A stretch of 62,403 nucleotides of DNA, the filler included, from Platydemus manokwari (lineage: Eukaryota), in NCBI GenBank assembly GCA_037951405.1. It is 6 parts of 6 records of this genome, joined end to end, with 100 filler letters (N's around TTAATTAATTAA, not from the genome) between each part and the next. Parts side by side here need not be neighbours in the genome. Positions count along the whole stretch, not along the records: positions 33,197 to 42,775 come from JBBMOY011229765.1; positions 42,876 to 53,313 come from JBBMOY011133662.1; 4 more parts are not named here. The stretch is one strand, 5' to 3'. The notes beneath the pieces were generated by a model. The model saw only the letters and a program-made list of their open reading frames with translations, was not told where the DNA came from and ran no database searches. A program made the position numbers and the translations under genes. Shown in pieces: positions 37,601 to 51,800 of the stretch (its first letter is position 1; every line of letters begins with the position of its first letter).

Positions 37601-38934
37601 TGGTGTTAGTTTGTTCATCAACAATATTAATAAAATAATATTAATTTATCAGATGATAAATATATTCGTATAGCTTTACTTAATGTACAGTTGCAAATTG
37701 AAAATATCCGGAAAAGCCTGAGTGCCTAAGTCTAACAAGATCGAGGTTATTAATGGATAGCTCGAACTAAAATTGGCCATGAATAAATACGAGTCCTTTA
37801 TTAAATTAAATGATTAGATATTGTAAATTATCTCTCTATTGACTCATTGGCACAATTTAGAATATAGAGCAATGAATAGACCAATACGAAACATTTATTT
37901 TTGATATAAAATATAATTAAAATTCGTATTTGATAGATAATTTCAGTTAATCATTCGCCTTCATAATGTGTACTACTGGTACCAAATTAATCAGCTATAA
38001 ATAAATGCTGTGAAGTCAGATTATCAGAAAATCAATATATCAATAATTTATCGTGAAGGTATGCATACTGACATTATGCTTAAACGTATATTAATTTAAC
38101 AACAATTTTAATGTTAGTAAAAGTGTTGCAACTGATAAAATTGGTTTATCGAAAATGTGCATCAATGAGGGTACAACTAGACTATGGTCTAGAGGTTCCA
38201 ACAAAGTTATGCTATCATCATAGATTGTAAAGTTTTCCATTTTCTATTATTTCGTAACGATTGTATGATATTTTGTGTGTATATTTGCACGTAACGACCT
38301 ACAAAATGGATTCTCTATCACAAAAGGATCATCTATTGCCATAACTATATTGTTAACTCAATTCTTTTCAAATCTTATGCACCTATTTCTTGGTTCCTGT
38401 AAACTAATTAAAACAAAATTAATATTATATAGTTCTTTTTATTGGAGTCACAGTTCAAAACTGTTTTATTAATTCTTAGGAATAGTAACTAATTGCTTAT
38501 TTACGTGTTAATATAGTTAAAAAATTAAGCTCATGTGATGGAATTTTCTGGAACATATTTATAAAAGTCTAAAAGTAGTAAAAAAATAAATTCCAATGAT
38601 TATTTCGATCCTTTTACCATAATTAAGAAAACACAAATAGATTTCTGTCAACATCAACATTAAACAAATATTCAGTAAACTAATTAAAACTGAACTTCAT
38701 ATAGTTACAACTACAGAAACCATTCAATGGAATTATCAGTCCCAAATCTTATTATCGATTTATTGTCACACAAATTCAATAGCACACAATTCTACTATGA
38801 TAATTTGTATTACTATTTAAAGATATGATGAATAAGTAATTTTCTCTGTTGAATCATTCATTGTTTAGTCAAACATTCAACTATCATCAATTAAGTTAGT
38901 TGTAAATAAATATCAATTTTATTATTTCACCAAA

Positions 38935-39286
38935 ATGCCGTTCTGGAAAAAAACCAAAAAGATTTTATCAAATTTCAAGCGTCAAGGTAGTGATCGGGTA
39001 AAAATTCCCAGTACTCAAGAAATAAGTCGTTCACAATCTGATTATGCAATCGATTCATTAAAACTTTACGAAAAACAATTGGAATTACTGAAAAAGACCA
39101 AAGACGAAAGCAATCAAAGTGGAACTATGAAACAAAGACCTTTGTCTTTGTTCATTGAAAGAAAAGATGGTTCGGATGATGAATCAGAATCCAGTACTTC
39201 GACATTTGGACGACAATCTGTAAGTTCATGTGATCAGATTTCTTCAAATAGCAGCACAAATTCTAGTTTAGTAAACTCCAGCAAAG
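38935..39286 (+). CDS. First coding exon of an unidentified gene (Ser-rich N-terminus)
   Basis: CAAAATG start, protein-like 117 codons (MPFWKKTKK...RPLSLF...), ending at a consensus donor AAAG|GTAAG; no downstream exon recognised before the spacer. Confidence 0.7.
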
Positions 39287-42200
39287 GTAAGAATTGTGAA
39301 AATTTCAATACGATAATTGTAATTTTTGATTTCAATATTATTTGTAGATAAATATTTATTCATATTGAAAATGTTAAATTCATTTTGATATGAAAAGATT
39401 TACTGGAAATTTAGCTACTCAATTTTGATATGCTATTCTGATAACTTGTCTCCAATAATCATAAATATTTACATAATCCAAGTAAAATCAATTAAACCGA
39501 ATCTTTAGTGACCAAAATTGAAGGTTGGATGATAATTTAGTAGCTAGATTTGTTTATAGAACAGAATAACACAATTATAGATAAAATGTTACTATCTTTA
39601 TCGAAAATAATTTATTGATGTATTATTAAAATGAAATATAATCAAAGTTTAAATTAATTTATAATTTTATGTATTTTTGAAATCATTCAATAAATAATTT
39701 TTTGAAGAGTTTAATATATTATCAATGATTTGTACTAAAATTATTTCGTTAAAAATCTGCAAATTTTATTAATCTAAAACATATTTATAATAATAGTATT
39801 CATTTGTTCTCGCTGCTAGAAATCAGATAATAATTTACTCAATTATTTTGTTCATTATATTCACACGTTCAAACGTTTTTTGACAATTAATAATTAATTA
39901 TGGCCATCAATTAAACATATTGCCAAATATTCATTTATGAGTATGACATAATGTATGGTGATTACATTTGTTCTTTTAGTTCAGCTGCACTCTCTCATGA
40001 TTCAGGCTCTAATTATTAATAATCAGCAGTATTTGTTAGTGAATCTAAGAATAATAAAAAAATACATTTTGGTTAGACATTTTCAGATATTTCCATTATA
40101 AGAATGACCTTTAAGATAAATTAAAATAATTCTATTTAAATTTATGATTTCATTGTCGTATTTTTATTTGGTAAATTTAAATTATCTTGGAAATTTTGTA
40201 ATAGTGGTTTGCAACTTTTTGTTACAAATAAAATAATTATTCTTTTTAATGTACATCAATTATTAGTTATTTAAATAATATCTTACTATTATTATTCCTT
40301 AATTCCGAGACTGATGATCTGGACTAAATATTTAAGGATCCGCTTTAATCTAATTATAAGTTGGAACACAAATTTTTAGCTAAACAACCACAGTTTAAAC
40401 CTTATAATATTTTTAAAAATATCTTGACAACATACATTTAAAATATTCATATATTTCAGATTTTTTCGTAAACATTTTAGAGATTTCTTAAAATAAATTC
40501 TTCATTTGAATTTTAAGAAATAAGTGGGAAATTAAAATCCATTGTATTTATTTGAAGATTTTTTGATTATCATGTAAGTTTACACATATTTTAACATTGT
40601 AATTTTTAACAAATGATAATTATATTAAAATTCTTATTATTCAAATTTAAATTTTTAAAGAAATTTAATCATCAAATAATTTCTTAACCACATTAAAACT
40701 TATTTAATGAATAACTTCAAAATTTTTTAGATTCAAATTTATCCAAATCAAAATTTTAATATATTAGATTAAAGCCATTACAATCTTTCAATTTTTGAGA
40801 CCAGGTTTTGTAAGTTTTATAACAGCATTTTTGAATTTGTATGTAGATGTGTTCAATTTGATTGTCTCTATTGATCGGTAAAGTGTTTTCCCCTTAATAT
40901 AAAAATTAGAGCTGAAAATTTCATTCTTATTTAATTTTCTAAATAAGCAATTTGCTGATAAAACGTGTCCATTTTTGTTGAAGCATTCGAATACTATAAT
41001 TTCAATTCAAATTAATAGATGTTTCTTTATTTAAAATATTCCTTTTGTTAGTACTAACTTATTTCAACACCACTGACTATAAAAGAAGAATATTCTTTCG
41101 TTTTCTTCGCTTAAATAGACCTTGCTAAACTTATTCAAGAATTAATAAAATTCTTCCAGACTCATTTTGGAAAATTACAAATTCTGCAATTTCATAATAT
41201 AACACAAATATCGAAAACCGACTGTGTTTTATTTTCTTATTTTTCTTATAATTCTTTGACTTAAATAATATCAGAATATACTTTAATAATTTTATAATAA
41301 TTTTACTTAATATTTTCGTAAACAAATATTCATGGCGTACTTTTTTCGGATGAACATAACAACTTTTATTCGATTTTACAAGCGGTGTTTGTTTGAGAAA
41401 TAATTCGATAAAATGCTAAGGCATACCGGAAATGTTGATGAACCACAAAACAATGTAATTTGTTTGGAAATAGAAATATTAATAAAAAAAGGAGTTTTAT
41501 AATCTTCAATTATTATTAGTGACCATAAAAATTACCAATTATGTCTTGTCTCTTCGATTGTCGGTAAAATACGATATATAGACATATTCCAAAATAAAAT
41601 GATCTTGTAAAAAATTATTTCATTACAACACCACAAAGAATTAAATCCATCTTCATCTGTAGTATTTGACGATTAAATATTTTCTGCCTTATTGAATGAA
41701 AATATGTAACATTTTGTTACAGTTTGATAAATGATTATTTATTTTGTTTGGTCATCATTGATTCATTTAAGAACATTAGTTATTGTTCATAATAAATAAT
41801 GATAACAATTTATGGCTTTTTAACAATAATCGACATTAGACTTAGGTTTCTTATCGGCAAATAAAATATGTCGGAGATCTGCGAATTGAATGACCATCTC
41901 ATGGTTGACAATCTCTGATTACGGCATTATATACATTTAAATATAAATTAGAAAAAGAGAAAAATTACTGATAAATATTATCCATTAATCAATAGACTGA
42001 TATTCAGTTTTCACACTTTAAATAAAGTCATGTTACTCAATTAATATATAATTTGTGTTAGTTTTTGTAATTAAAATTTGAAAACAATTTTTTTCAAAAA
42101 TGCGTTTTTAAATCTATTGCATATATAATTACAAAATTATAGAATTTAAAAATTCTGTAATCTAAAAAATGTTTTTAAAAATTACTCCGTTGAGGAGGTG

Positions 42201-42775
42201 CAGTAGTTACTTTAAGCAAAAAATCAGAACCAGGTGATGAGTATATTGAACTATGAAAAGTATTTATGATATAATTTTTCAAACAGAAATCTGTCTCAGT
42301 TAATTATAAATACATCCATTGAAAATATTGGTACATATTCTTAGAATATGTTTAAGAAAAATAAGTAGTAGCAATTAATTAGTTTTATATAAAAATGAAC
42401 GAGATTTTGTTAAATAAATAAAGTAACATATTCATTTTTTTTAATTTCATATTAATGATACGAAAGTTTGATTTTTTTCTTGTGTAATTTTTATCAGTTT
42501 TTTAACTTAAAGAATTTTAATATAAATTGGACTTACAAAATATTTTCTTTTACAATAGAATACAAGTGATCACTTTCTTTTGAACAGTAGTGCCTTTTTT
42601 ATTCAATTTTCAGAGAATATCAATGTTTTATGGGGTCTATAACTTAAAAACCGGAATTTTTTTTAGGACAATTGAGTGTTTATTAAAGAAAATCTTGCAC
42701 AATTCTGTTATCCAAAGTAATGTCCATCGGAAGTTACAACATTTCCCCATCTTTCGGGCAATTTGTGGATGCCAT

Positions 42776-42875
42776 NNNNNNNNNNNNNNNNNNNNNNNNN
42801 NNNNNNNNNNNNNNNNNNNTTAATTAATTAANNNNNNNNNNNNNNNNNNNNNNNNNNNNNNNNNNNNNNNNNNNN
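42776..42875. other. Artificial spacer
   Basis: N44-TTAATTAATTAA-N44. Confidence 0.97.

Positions 42876-42926
<51 letters not shown>
42876..42926. repeat. (TAA)n microsatellite
   Basis: Directly visible. Confidence 0.95.
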
Positions 42927-42927
<1 letters not shown>

Positions 42928-45900
42928 CTGCCTGTTGGTGAAATACTTATTTACAATCAAGGCTAAGTTCCTGCAATTTTGTTTCAATTTTAATATTTAG
43001 CGTTTCATTAAATGTTTTAACATAATGCTATAAATCGTACTCGAAATCTGTTTACATTGGTGTTAATTTCGGTTAATTTTCATATCAATTAAATGGAGTA
43101 CCAAGTTTAGAAAAATAAGTATTTTCGACACCTCTTTATTTTTTTTATAAAGATTCCATTCCCAAAAAGTTCAAATGTGAATCTTGACAGTTAATAACAA
43201 TGACAATATTTTATAAATGTATATAAGTAGCGATTTCTAAATTATATGGTATCAATTTTTGAAACTAATCGAATGTATCCATTTTATCGAAGTGTAAAAT
43301 TTGTATCAATATTCAATTTTATCCGCTGTGAGGATAAATTGGTAAACAATCAATACAATGGCTGGAATAAACGAACCTTTGAAAGAGAATTATTGTAACA
43401 TAATATTTATAATATTTTATCAAAATACATTATAATCAGAATTATTATATGCGCCGACATGGGAAAAGTATAAGTAGGAGTTGTGAATCTCACACCAGCC
43501 CATTATCAGAAATCATTAAGCCCATTGGTGAAACCACTAGAGAAGACTACTGTGTTCGTGTTATTAAAGAAACTACAATCGTATTAGCCATAAAGCCTTC
43601 GACGTTTGAGTTGGTATTAATCGTCTGGAGCCATAGTATTATTCTAGTTCAAATATTTCAATACCAGTGAGTTAGATTAATTCTGTAAAATCATAATACA
43701 TACTATATATCGTATCGTGTTTTATTATAGTATAGAGTTGTATCTCAAAAATTATCTTAAGGTAAATGGTTCGGCTTCTCAAGTTGAAGTTTGCAACCGT
43801 AACTTATTCCTGAATTTGTAAGGTCATTGTTTAAGTGTAACTTTATAGTTGTATACTGTAGTCCTAAAATAATATTTGGTGTATATTTGTATAACAATAA
43901 AATGTACTGTATCGAAAAGTTGTTGATTTGACAAAATATATAGTATAGTTGTAAGAAAATTAAATTTGAGAAGGACAGTGATAAATATTCGAATCATTGC
44001 TGTCAATCGTACTCTCATCAAATAGTATTGATCGCGAGGTAAAGATAAGGAATAGTAAATTAAAATTTTATAGATTGTGCCCTGGGATTGATCCGAACCC
44101 ATTTGAGACTGATCAAGACGGCATTGATCCATAGTATTTATTTATTAAATTATTGAGACTGATAAAGTATTTGAAACAAGCATCCCCGAAACGCATCAAT
44201 TCTAAACTACTCGCTTCATTTGTGTTGTGTGTGGAAATGGTAATGTAGCTGAGAGAACTTCTCATGATTGTCATGCCAAGAACTCTCTCGATTTGGCACA
44301 CACTAATTGCCACTTCTTTCAATTCGTTTCAAATGCTACGAACAGAGTTTCTGTCAATATTGGTTGTATACATTTTTCAAGTCAAAACCTTGTTGAAACG
44401 ACGTAAATAATAAAGGAGAATACATTTTCGATTAATTTGCTCTTAATTTTTTATCGAAATATAAAATTTATAAAAAAAGTAAACACTAAATCTAGTGCTT
44501 TCGTTATTTTATTATATCAGTCTCTTCAAATTAAGGAATCCAATGTTCCGTATCAGAAGGTTATAAAGAGAATTAAAATCTAAAATAATGTGAAAAAGGA
44601 ACATATTAATTTAAAAAGTCTACCAAACAGAAAGCCAACCGAAACAATAAATCACAATAAGAAATTTACTTGTTCGCACAACAATCCAATTGATTCTCTT
44701 AAAAATAAAGCCAACTATAGAAATGAAATTTTTCTTATACCATGAAATTTCTTTGAATGATGAATTATTTTTCGTTTTCTATCTTCGAATTAAGCTAAAC
44801 ATCATGTATGAGATTTCTTGCATTATATTGCGTCCTTAATTCCCCATTATAATATATTATAAAACTATCTTACAAATGTTTCTCATGTATTTCGTTGTTT
44901 TGAAATAATGCTATGAGATTATCTCATCATATTTTGTGTAAAAATGACTGGATGAAAGCACGGTTCATTGTACAACTGCTGTTCATCAGTGCATGTCCTC
45001 ATTTGTCATTGTGGCTAACTTTTCTTACTATTTTTAATTATTTTATTTTGTTTTTTGATTAAAATGCCGGACAATGTTTCTGAAATTCTTATTCAAAACA
45101 GCTCTGGTATTTACTGGAGGCTTATTGTCGTATTTTGCATTGTTGCGAGTCATCCCTATTATTTCAAGACTTAACGAAGCTCAATTCAATTTTTCATAAC
45201 TTTTTGGATCTTTAAAAAGGTTTTCGTTTTTTATAAATTTTCATTTTTATGATACTTATTATTTGATCTTTTAATCATTATTCTTAGGAATGTTCGTTGA
45301 TTAAAAATTATTTGGAAATTGAATAATATATTTTTAAAATTTTCGCAGTTTATCTTTGAATTGGTGAACACAACAACTTTTGCTTTTAATGATGTCTACG
45401 AGGTTTTTAAAGCTTTTATGAATAATATTTGACAATTTTAAATGACATTATTGATTAGAATTAGCTTTAGATAATTTTGAGAATATTTTATTAAATATAC
45501 TTTAGTGTGTTGAAGTTCTTAATTACATTTTCAATTTTTATATAGTAGTTACAAGTAACAATCTCGAACCAATTAAAATTTCATTACCAAAATAATTTTT
45601 CATTCAATACATGCTACTCCCGTGACTTGATAATCGTTCATTTTAATTATCGTCTCTGTCCCAGATCGATCTAAACTTCGAATTGATACCAATGTGTAAA
45701 GTCGACTGGGATATCGATTAGGATATAGTCGACAACTTGCTGAGATCATCGGCATCAAAAAATGTATTTAAAGTAACACTCAAGAAAATGAAAACAGCAA
45801 GGATAAATATTATTTTGAAGTTATAATTAATTTCTTCTTTTACGCAGACACCTTTAATGGAGATCTAACTTTAATTGATATTACTTACAACAATGTTTTA

Positions 45901-46033
45901 ATAAACTGAATCGAGAGTCTTTGAATTGTTGGATTGAATTTATTTCGACATTTTATCTACCAAAATATTGAATCCAGAATTTGAATAACGAAAATTTTAG
46001 ATGGTTTCTTAGATGGCTCAATATCAGTCAATA

Positions 46034-47100
46034 TTTCAAAATAAATCCTTAAAAATGATCCGAAGACCATTGCAATGGATTGAATATATAGAATTACTGT
46101 TAAGTTATTGCTGATGTTATTTTAATGCTAATCGTTATTATCGATATATTTCAAGCAACGCTAACTTACATTTTAAAAAAAGACCCATATACTAATATGA
46201 CTAAAATAAGCAAAACATGAGTCATAATATTTAGCAAAATACAAGTTTGTTTAATTTTTCTAGGATAGATTTTGACCTGTCTTGGTCTAAATGTTTTTGA
46301 TTCGTGACGTCATCGGCCCAGAAAGGCACTGGCTATTACAATGTTGCTTTTTTCTTTCATTCATTTCGGTTCAGTGGAAATGCCAGATTTTCACTGAGTG
46401 TTAAATGTTTCCTTTTGCGCATTCATTGACCAGGTTTCGGATTCTTGTCTATGACAGTGCAATTTTTGCTTAAATTGCTTCAGTTGAAGCCGGAAAGTGT
46501 ACGGGGCCCGCTTTTAATGCAGTTTAAAAATTCAATATTGAAGTCTGGTTTCAATTTGGCTAGCTCATTTGGAAAATCGGTATAGTGGGTTATATTATTT
46601 TTGTCTGATTCCTCAAAGTTTTTCCACATATCAATTGGACATTTCAAGCCTACAAGAAGAATCTTTTTCTTCTCGACATTGGTTATCATCGAATAGATGG
46701 TAACGCGGAACACATTTGGTTGGCCACTACAAGAATGTCCTTTAAACGGAGACACTTCACAATTTTATTTAGACATCCATTATGACGAGCAACATTTCAA
46801 AATAAATCCTTAAAAAGGATTCGAAGACCATTGTAACGAATTGAATCAAATATTACATTTAGAATTACTGTTATGTTATTAAATCTGATATTTAAAATTC
46901 ATCTTTAATTACCAATAAATCTATTCGTGTTTTAATATTCGATTTTTTTGGTGAAATTTTAAAATAAATAAATATATAATTAGAATAATGGATTTTTATG
47001 CTGATCATTATTATCGATATATTTCACGCAACGCCAACTTACATTATGAAAAAAACCCATATAAAAACTCGATATTAATGACTAAAATTAGCAAAACATT
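46034..47100 (+). repeat. Diverged direct duplication (46034-46220 vs 46795-47100)
   Basis: Shared blocks TTTCAAAATAAATCCTTAAAAA.GAT.CGAAGACCATTG and TTATTATCGATATATTTCA.GCAACGC.AACTTACATT...ATGACTAAAAT.AGCAAAACAT. Confidence 0.8.
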
Positions 47101-50100
47101 TACATATATATTTGTCATGCTTTTGTTGAATTTTGTTCCTTTTTTGACTTTATCTTTAAATGCCATCATCGGTTTTTTGAACTTGATTGAGGCTTCATGT
47201 ATAGATAATGAATTATGTTGGAAAATAATATTTCAACTGTTCGATCGGTGATTATATCTCATATGGAGATATTTATAAATGAATTATATAATTTTATCAG
47301 TAAATATCTGACCATTCTCGTTCAAGAACACTTGTTCGGTAGGAAAATTGTTCTTGTAGAAGTAAATATTTATAAATTCCTATTAGCACGTGGTGAATTA
47401 AAATTATTTATAGACCAACAAATAATAATTATTATTATTACTGATATTTTATAACATTAATATTATCGATTTTAATGAAATTTATTATCATTAATATATT
47501 AATTATATAAATTTAATTCATTTATATTCTATTTTCCATATTGATGTTGCATTGAAAATAATCGATATTGACTGACATAAATCTATTGAAGACGACGATC
47601 TGGGAGAAATGATTATTTTTATTACAATAATGCGCTTCTTTTGGGGGTGAATTTCTAATTGTGATTGTAAATATAGATTAAATCGGGGCGAAAAAAACCG
47701 AGATGAATTTCATTGCATTCCAAAAACAAATGAGAATTCGAGACAAAACCAATTATCGAGAAAAATTAAAATTTTCACTAATAGGTTAATTTCTATTGTC
47801 GGATATTAATTTTAATAATCGCTTCGAGAAATGATTCAAGTGGAGTGTGAACGGTATTGGATTGGTCGATGTGATTGTGTTTCATTTGAATATCATAATA
47901 AGATTTCATCGAGTAGAATATTGATTTAATATAACTCGTCGGATTCATTTTTTTCGAATACCGCTGTGTCTAACCAAGGAAGGATTATTAATTATTCCAA
48001 TTCTATCCGAGAAATTTGAGACAATGGCAAAATTTTGGTTACAAGTAGAATCGACCATCTCAGTTACCAGATTTGAAATTGATTGATCCTCACTGGATTG
48101 AACATTGTGAGAGAGTTTTTCAGTCTTTGTGTAAACAAGATTGAATATTTATCTAAAGTTGAAGTGGAATAAATGATGTGAAATTCCCGAAACTTAAATT
48201 GAAGTATTTTCCCATCGATTACATCGAAGATTATCATCGATGTTTATGAATTAAAAGCGAGAATATTTTCAGTAATTCTGCGAATTATTTTTGTGTACTT
48301 TATAAGAATTTCAATCCAATTTGTCTTTGAAACAACGAAAATGAAATTATTTTATGAAATATTCTCAAAATTTTAAATTGCCGCTTGAAATATAAAAGAG
48401 CATTTCTATAAGTTCTAATGGGGTAAATTAGACAGGCATTGAATGAGCATTTCAACTATGAGGTAATTAAACAATCAATATATTGGATAGCATAAATATG
48501 AGACAAATTATAAATATATCATTACAACTTCCAGCTGGTGCTAATCAATACAAAGAATTCTTAAAAACTTTGTAAGGCAATTAAGTGGAATTAATTATTA
48601 GGAATTTTAATAAAATTTTGGATACGTTACAGAAGATCGCACATTTTTATTTGTGTATTGTTAGCAGGAAGGAAGTGTAATAAACATGAGATATAGCAAT
48701 GAATGAATGATGATAACATAGTTGAAGAGGAACTGGTTTGATACGAAAGAACTGAGACTTCTATTTGGCGGTTGTAACTTGAATGATTCTTATCAGACCT
48801 AATCATATCCATCCCATGACATTAAAGTAAGAAATTGTTGGGTCTGGATTTTTAATAACCAAACTCCAACAATTTATTTATTTCTAACGCTTGTATTAAT
48901 CAGTACTGGACATAAATTTACAACAATGTCTCAAAATCGTAACCAATACTTGACTTCAAACTGGCGGTTGGTCATCTTTACATAGGTACTTAGACTCGAG
49001 ATCTGTGTGTAATTATTTTTGTCATGTTTGTATCACATTTTTGATTTGATCTCTATCTTTTCTTATTTCTATTGGGCTTATTGGTTTTTGAGTCTGTGAG
49101 ATTGGTCAGTCCATATATGTATTGTTGTGTGCTTATATCCCTTTATTCAATTATCGTTTTCCATCTAGCTCAGTTGTGATTGGTTAATTGCTATACCTGT
49201 GTGTTTGTGTAGGTATGTAAATGTTTAGAATGATAAAACAAGGGTCCCAAGTTACAAATATTTTTTTCTTTTGCAATATTTCGTCTCATTCAACCAAATC
49301 TGCCAACAAGCTGGTTACCAACATAAAATTACAATAGGTTGTTACAATACATGTAGATTTGGACGAAGTTCTGGATGAAATGTTATACTTTCAATGGATT
49401 GCTGCATGAAGTCAATAGGAATGCATTTTCGTGTCGTAATAGTGCTGAGTTTATTTCGTTAAATTTTATTTCTCTTTAATGTATATTTTATAGTTTTATA
49501 TTCAAGTTTATTTTACAATATTTCGAAGATTTAATCTATTGGAAAGGGTGGCCATGGTTCGAAGAAATCACAGAAATGGATCAAACAAAAGATCATACAT
49601 TTTTATGTAATGTGATGTTGGAATTTTTGGTATTTTTTATTGATTCAGATAATGATTCGGATTGCCAAAGATTTTTACACATAATTTATTTAGGGTAACA
49701 TTTTTTTATATCTGTTTTTATTAGGAATTTACGAAATAATGAATTTCTTATTCTCAACAATGTTGTAGAAGAACAATCACGATCAATGAATAATTTTACA
49801 AAAAGCTCGATGATATTCGAACTCTCTCAATTGATTTTTGAAACTATAATTATAAGACGTCAGTCTGTCATATTTTCTGGTTGAATTTAAGGTTATCCTC
49901 ATCTTAACTTATACATCATGTCAGAAAAAATTTGTAAATGAATATGATCTTCATCACCTTGCGAATATCATCTTCCAATGTAACATGATATTCTTTATAG
50001 AATCAATATTTCTTTACCAAACTAAGATTGCATATAAATAATGGGCATATAAAATGGGAATTATTTATCGTGCCTGTAATAGTATTTACCAAGGATTCAA

Positions 50101-50214
50101 ACTCTGAAAAAGTTTCGTATGATTTCAAAGAATATTAAATTATCGTTTTATACTTCTTCTATTGGAAGTGTAAATATATAATATTTTTTAAAAAGTTATT
50201 TTATTGGAAATAGA

Positions 50215-50990
50215 ATGGTCAATATTGTGAAGTATGAGTTCTTATGTTCAAATACGGTATCGCAAACCACTCAAAAAGCATTGATATTATGTTATAATGG
50301 TAGTATGCAGCAGGCGGTATGAAATGGGTTCACCAAATTTCGTATAGGGGAATTTGACCTCACAAATGAGAATCAAAGGTTAATAATGAAGAATTAAAGG
50401 TTGCCATTGAGTTTGACTCATCGTATAGTATGATCAAATCATCGTTAAAGTTTGGTGGTAGCAAACAAACAGTATTAACTCATTTAACTCATATCGGTAA
50501 TTTGAAAAAAGTTGAAAAAGTGGATTTCGAATACAGTAAATGGAATAGGCAAACAAAAGCTTTTGATGGGTTTTTCGATGTTGCTTTCTAATTAAAAATC
50601 TGACCCGTTGTTGAATCGAATTGTCACTAATGATCAGAAATGGATCCAATATAGCACGGTGATTTGGCAAGAATGAATGACCAAAAAAGTTAATGGTGAG
50701 TGTTCGGTGATGTAACGCGGGCGCAATTCAGTATGATTTCAAGAAACCGAGTTCATCGATTACAGAAGAAATATACTGGAAAAAAATTAAAAAGTAGCTT
50801 AGATTGCTTAACAGATAGACTGAAATATGTACACATATAGACGCTGGACTACACATTGCACATATAACTGTTGTAAAATTGGAGCTACAACTTATTTATC
50901 ATGCCCCATGTACACCAGAACTAACCCATGTTGACTACTATTTCTAACTTCTTTTTATGGGAAAATCAAAGCAATTCAGATAATGCTTTC
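50215..50990 (+). mobile_element. mariner transposase remnant
   Basis: Ordered fragments IVKYEF, FTKFRIGEFDLTNE, PKKLMVSV, AGLHIAHIT (DNARPH-like) and HAPCTPELTHVDYYF (HPPYSPDLAPSDY-like). Confidence 0.8.
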
Positions 50991-51149
50991 TAGGAATTAA
51001 CTGCCAATGTTTTGTGCCAAAAGTATGTAGGTAATGTGGCTGCTCCTTTTCAACTAATTTCATCATTAGAAACTTAATACGTATGCATGCGTGCTAGTTA
51101 GAATACATTTTATCTCATGCAGACATTTTCTTATACATTTTCTTTGTTT

Positions 51150-51800
51150 TTTTCAAAACATCACAAAATTGATCTTTTCTGAGGTTTTTGAAGACAAGTC
51201 TCTTAATATTTGCTAGACAATGATATTCTGCCTGGACTAGCCAGATCATCACCATAATTAAAAAAAATATTTTCAACTAAAATTCCCGTAAATAATAACT
51301 AGATAACGATTTCAAATCAGTTTTACCTGGTTTTGGGATCAAAAGTCCAATATTGGAATTATCCAGGGTGTACTTCGTGGCTGCACAACTTGATTAGCCG
51401 TAACTGGTTCTCAATCTATTGTGTATTAATTCGATTGACAAAAACCCAAGATGAATAAAGCGTACCAAATTAAGTTGCTGTAGGTCTACACAAATACAGA
51501 TGTCGTTTAGAACAGTTTTCTCTGCTATCAGTTTCGGATTGATATCGAACCTTGTTCTCATCTATGCAGCTTCAGGGAACTTTTATAAGTTCCTAAAATT
51601 AAGATAACTTTGAGATCAATGGTTGAGTTGAAATTGCTCCACTGGAGTTTGTGTCAAAATCTCAAGGCTTTACAGTATCTAGATGTTAAGACATGTCTAC
51701 TTTGAATAACCTGTTTAGGTAATATTGGCTTTTTGTTGATTTCAAAACAAAATTATGATGAACTTAATATACGTGAGAAGTTTGCTCATTATCTGTCAGT
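51150..51800 (+). mobile_element. Decayed LINE reverse-transcriptase remnant
   Basis: QGVLRGC (GVRQGC-like) near 51365 and LQYLDV (KYLG-like) near 51675 at plausible spacing. Confidence 0.35.

Noticed and set aside
40305-40350. CTGATGA hammerhead or C/D snoRNA candidate
   Set aside because: No GAAA after the putative stem, no RTGATGA box C and no suitable box D.
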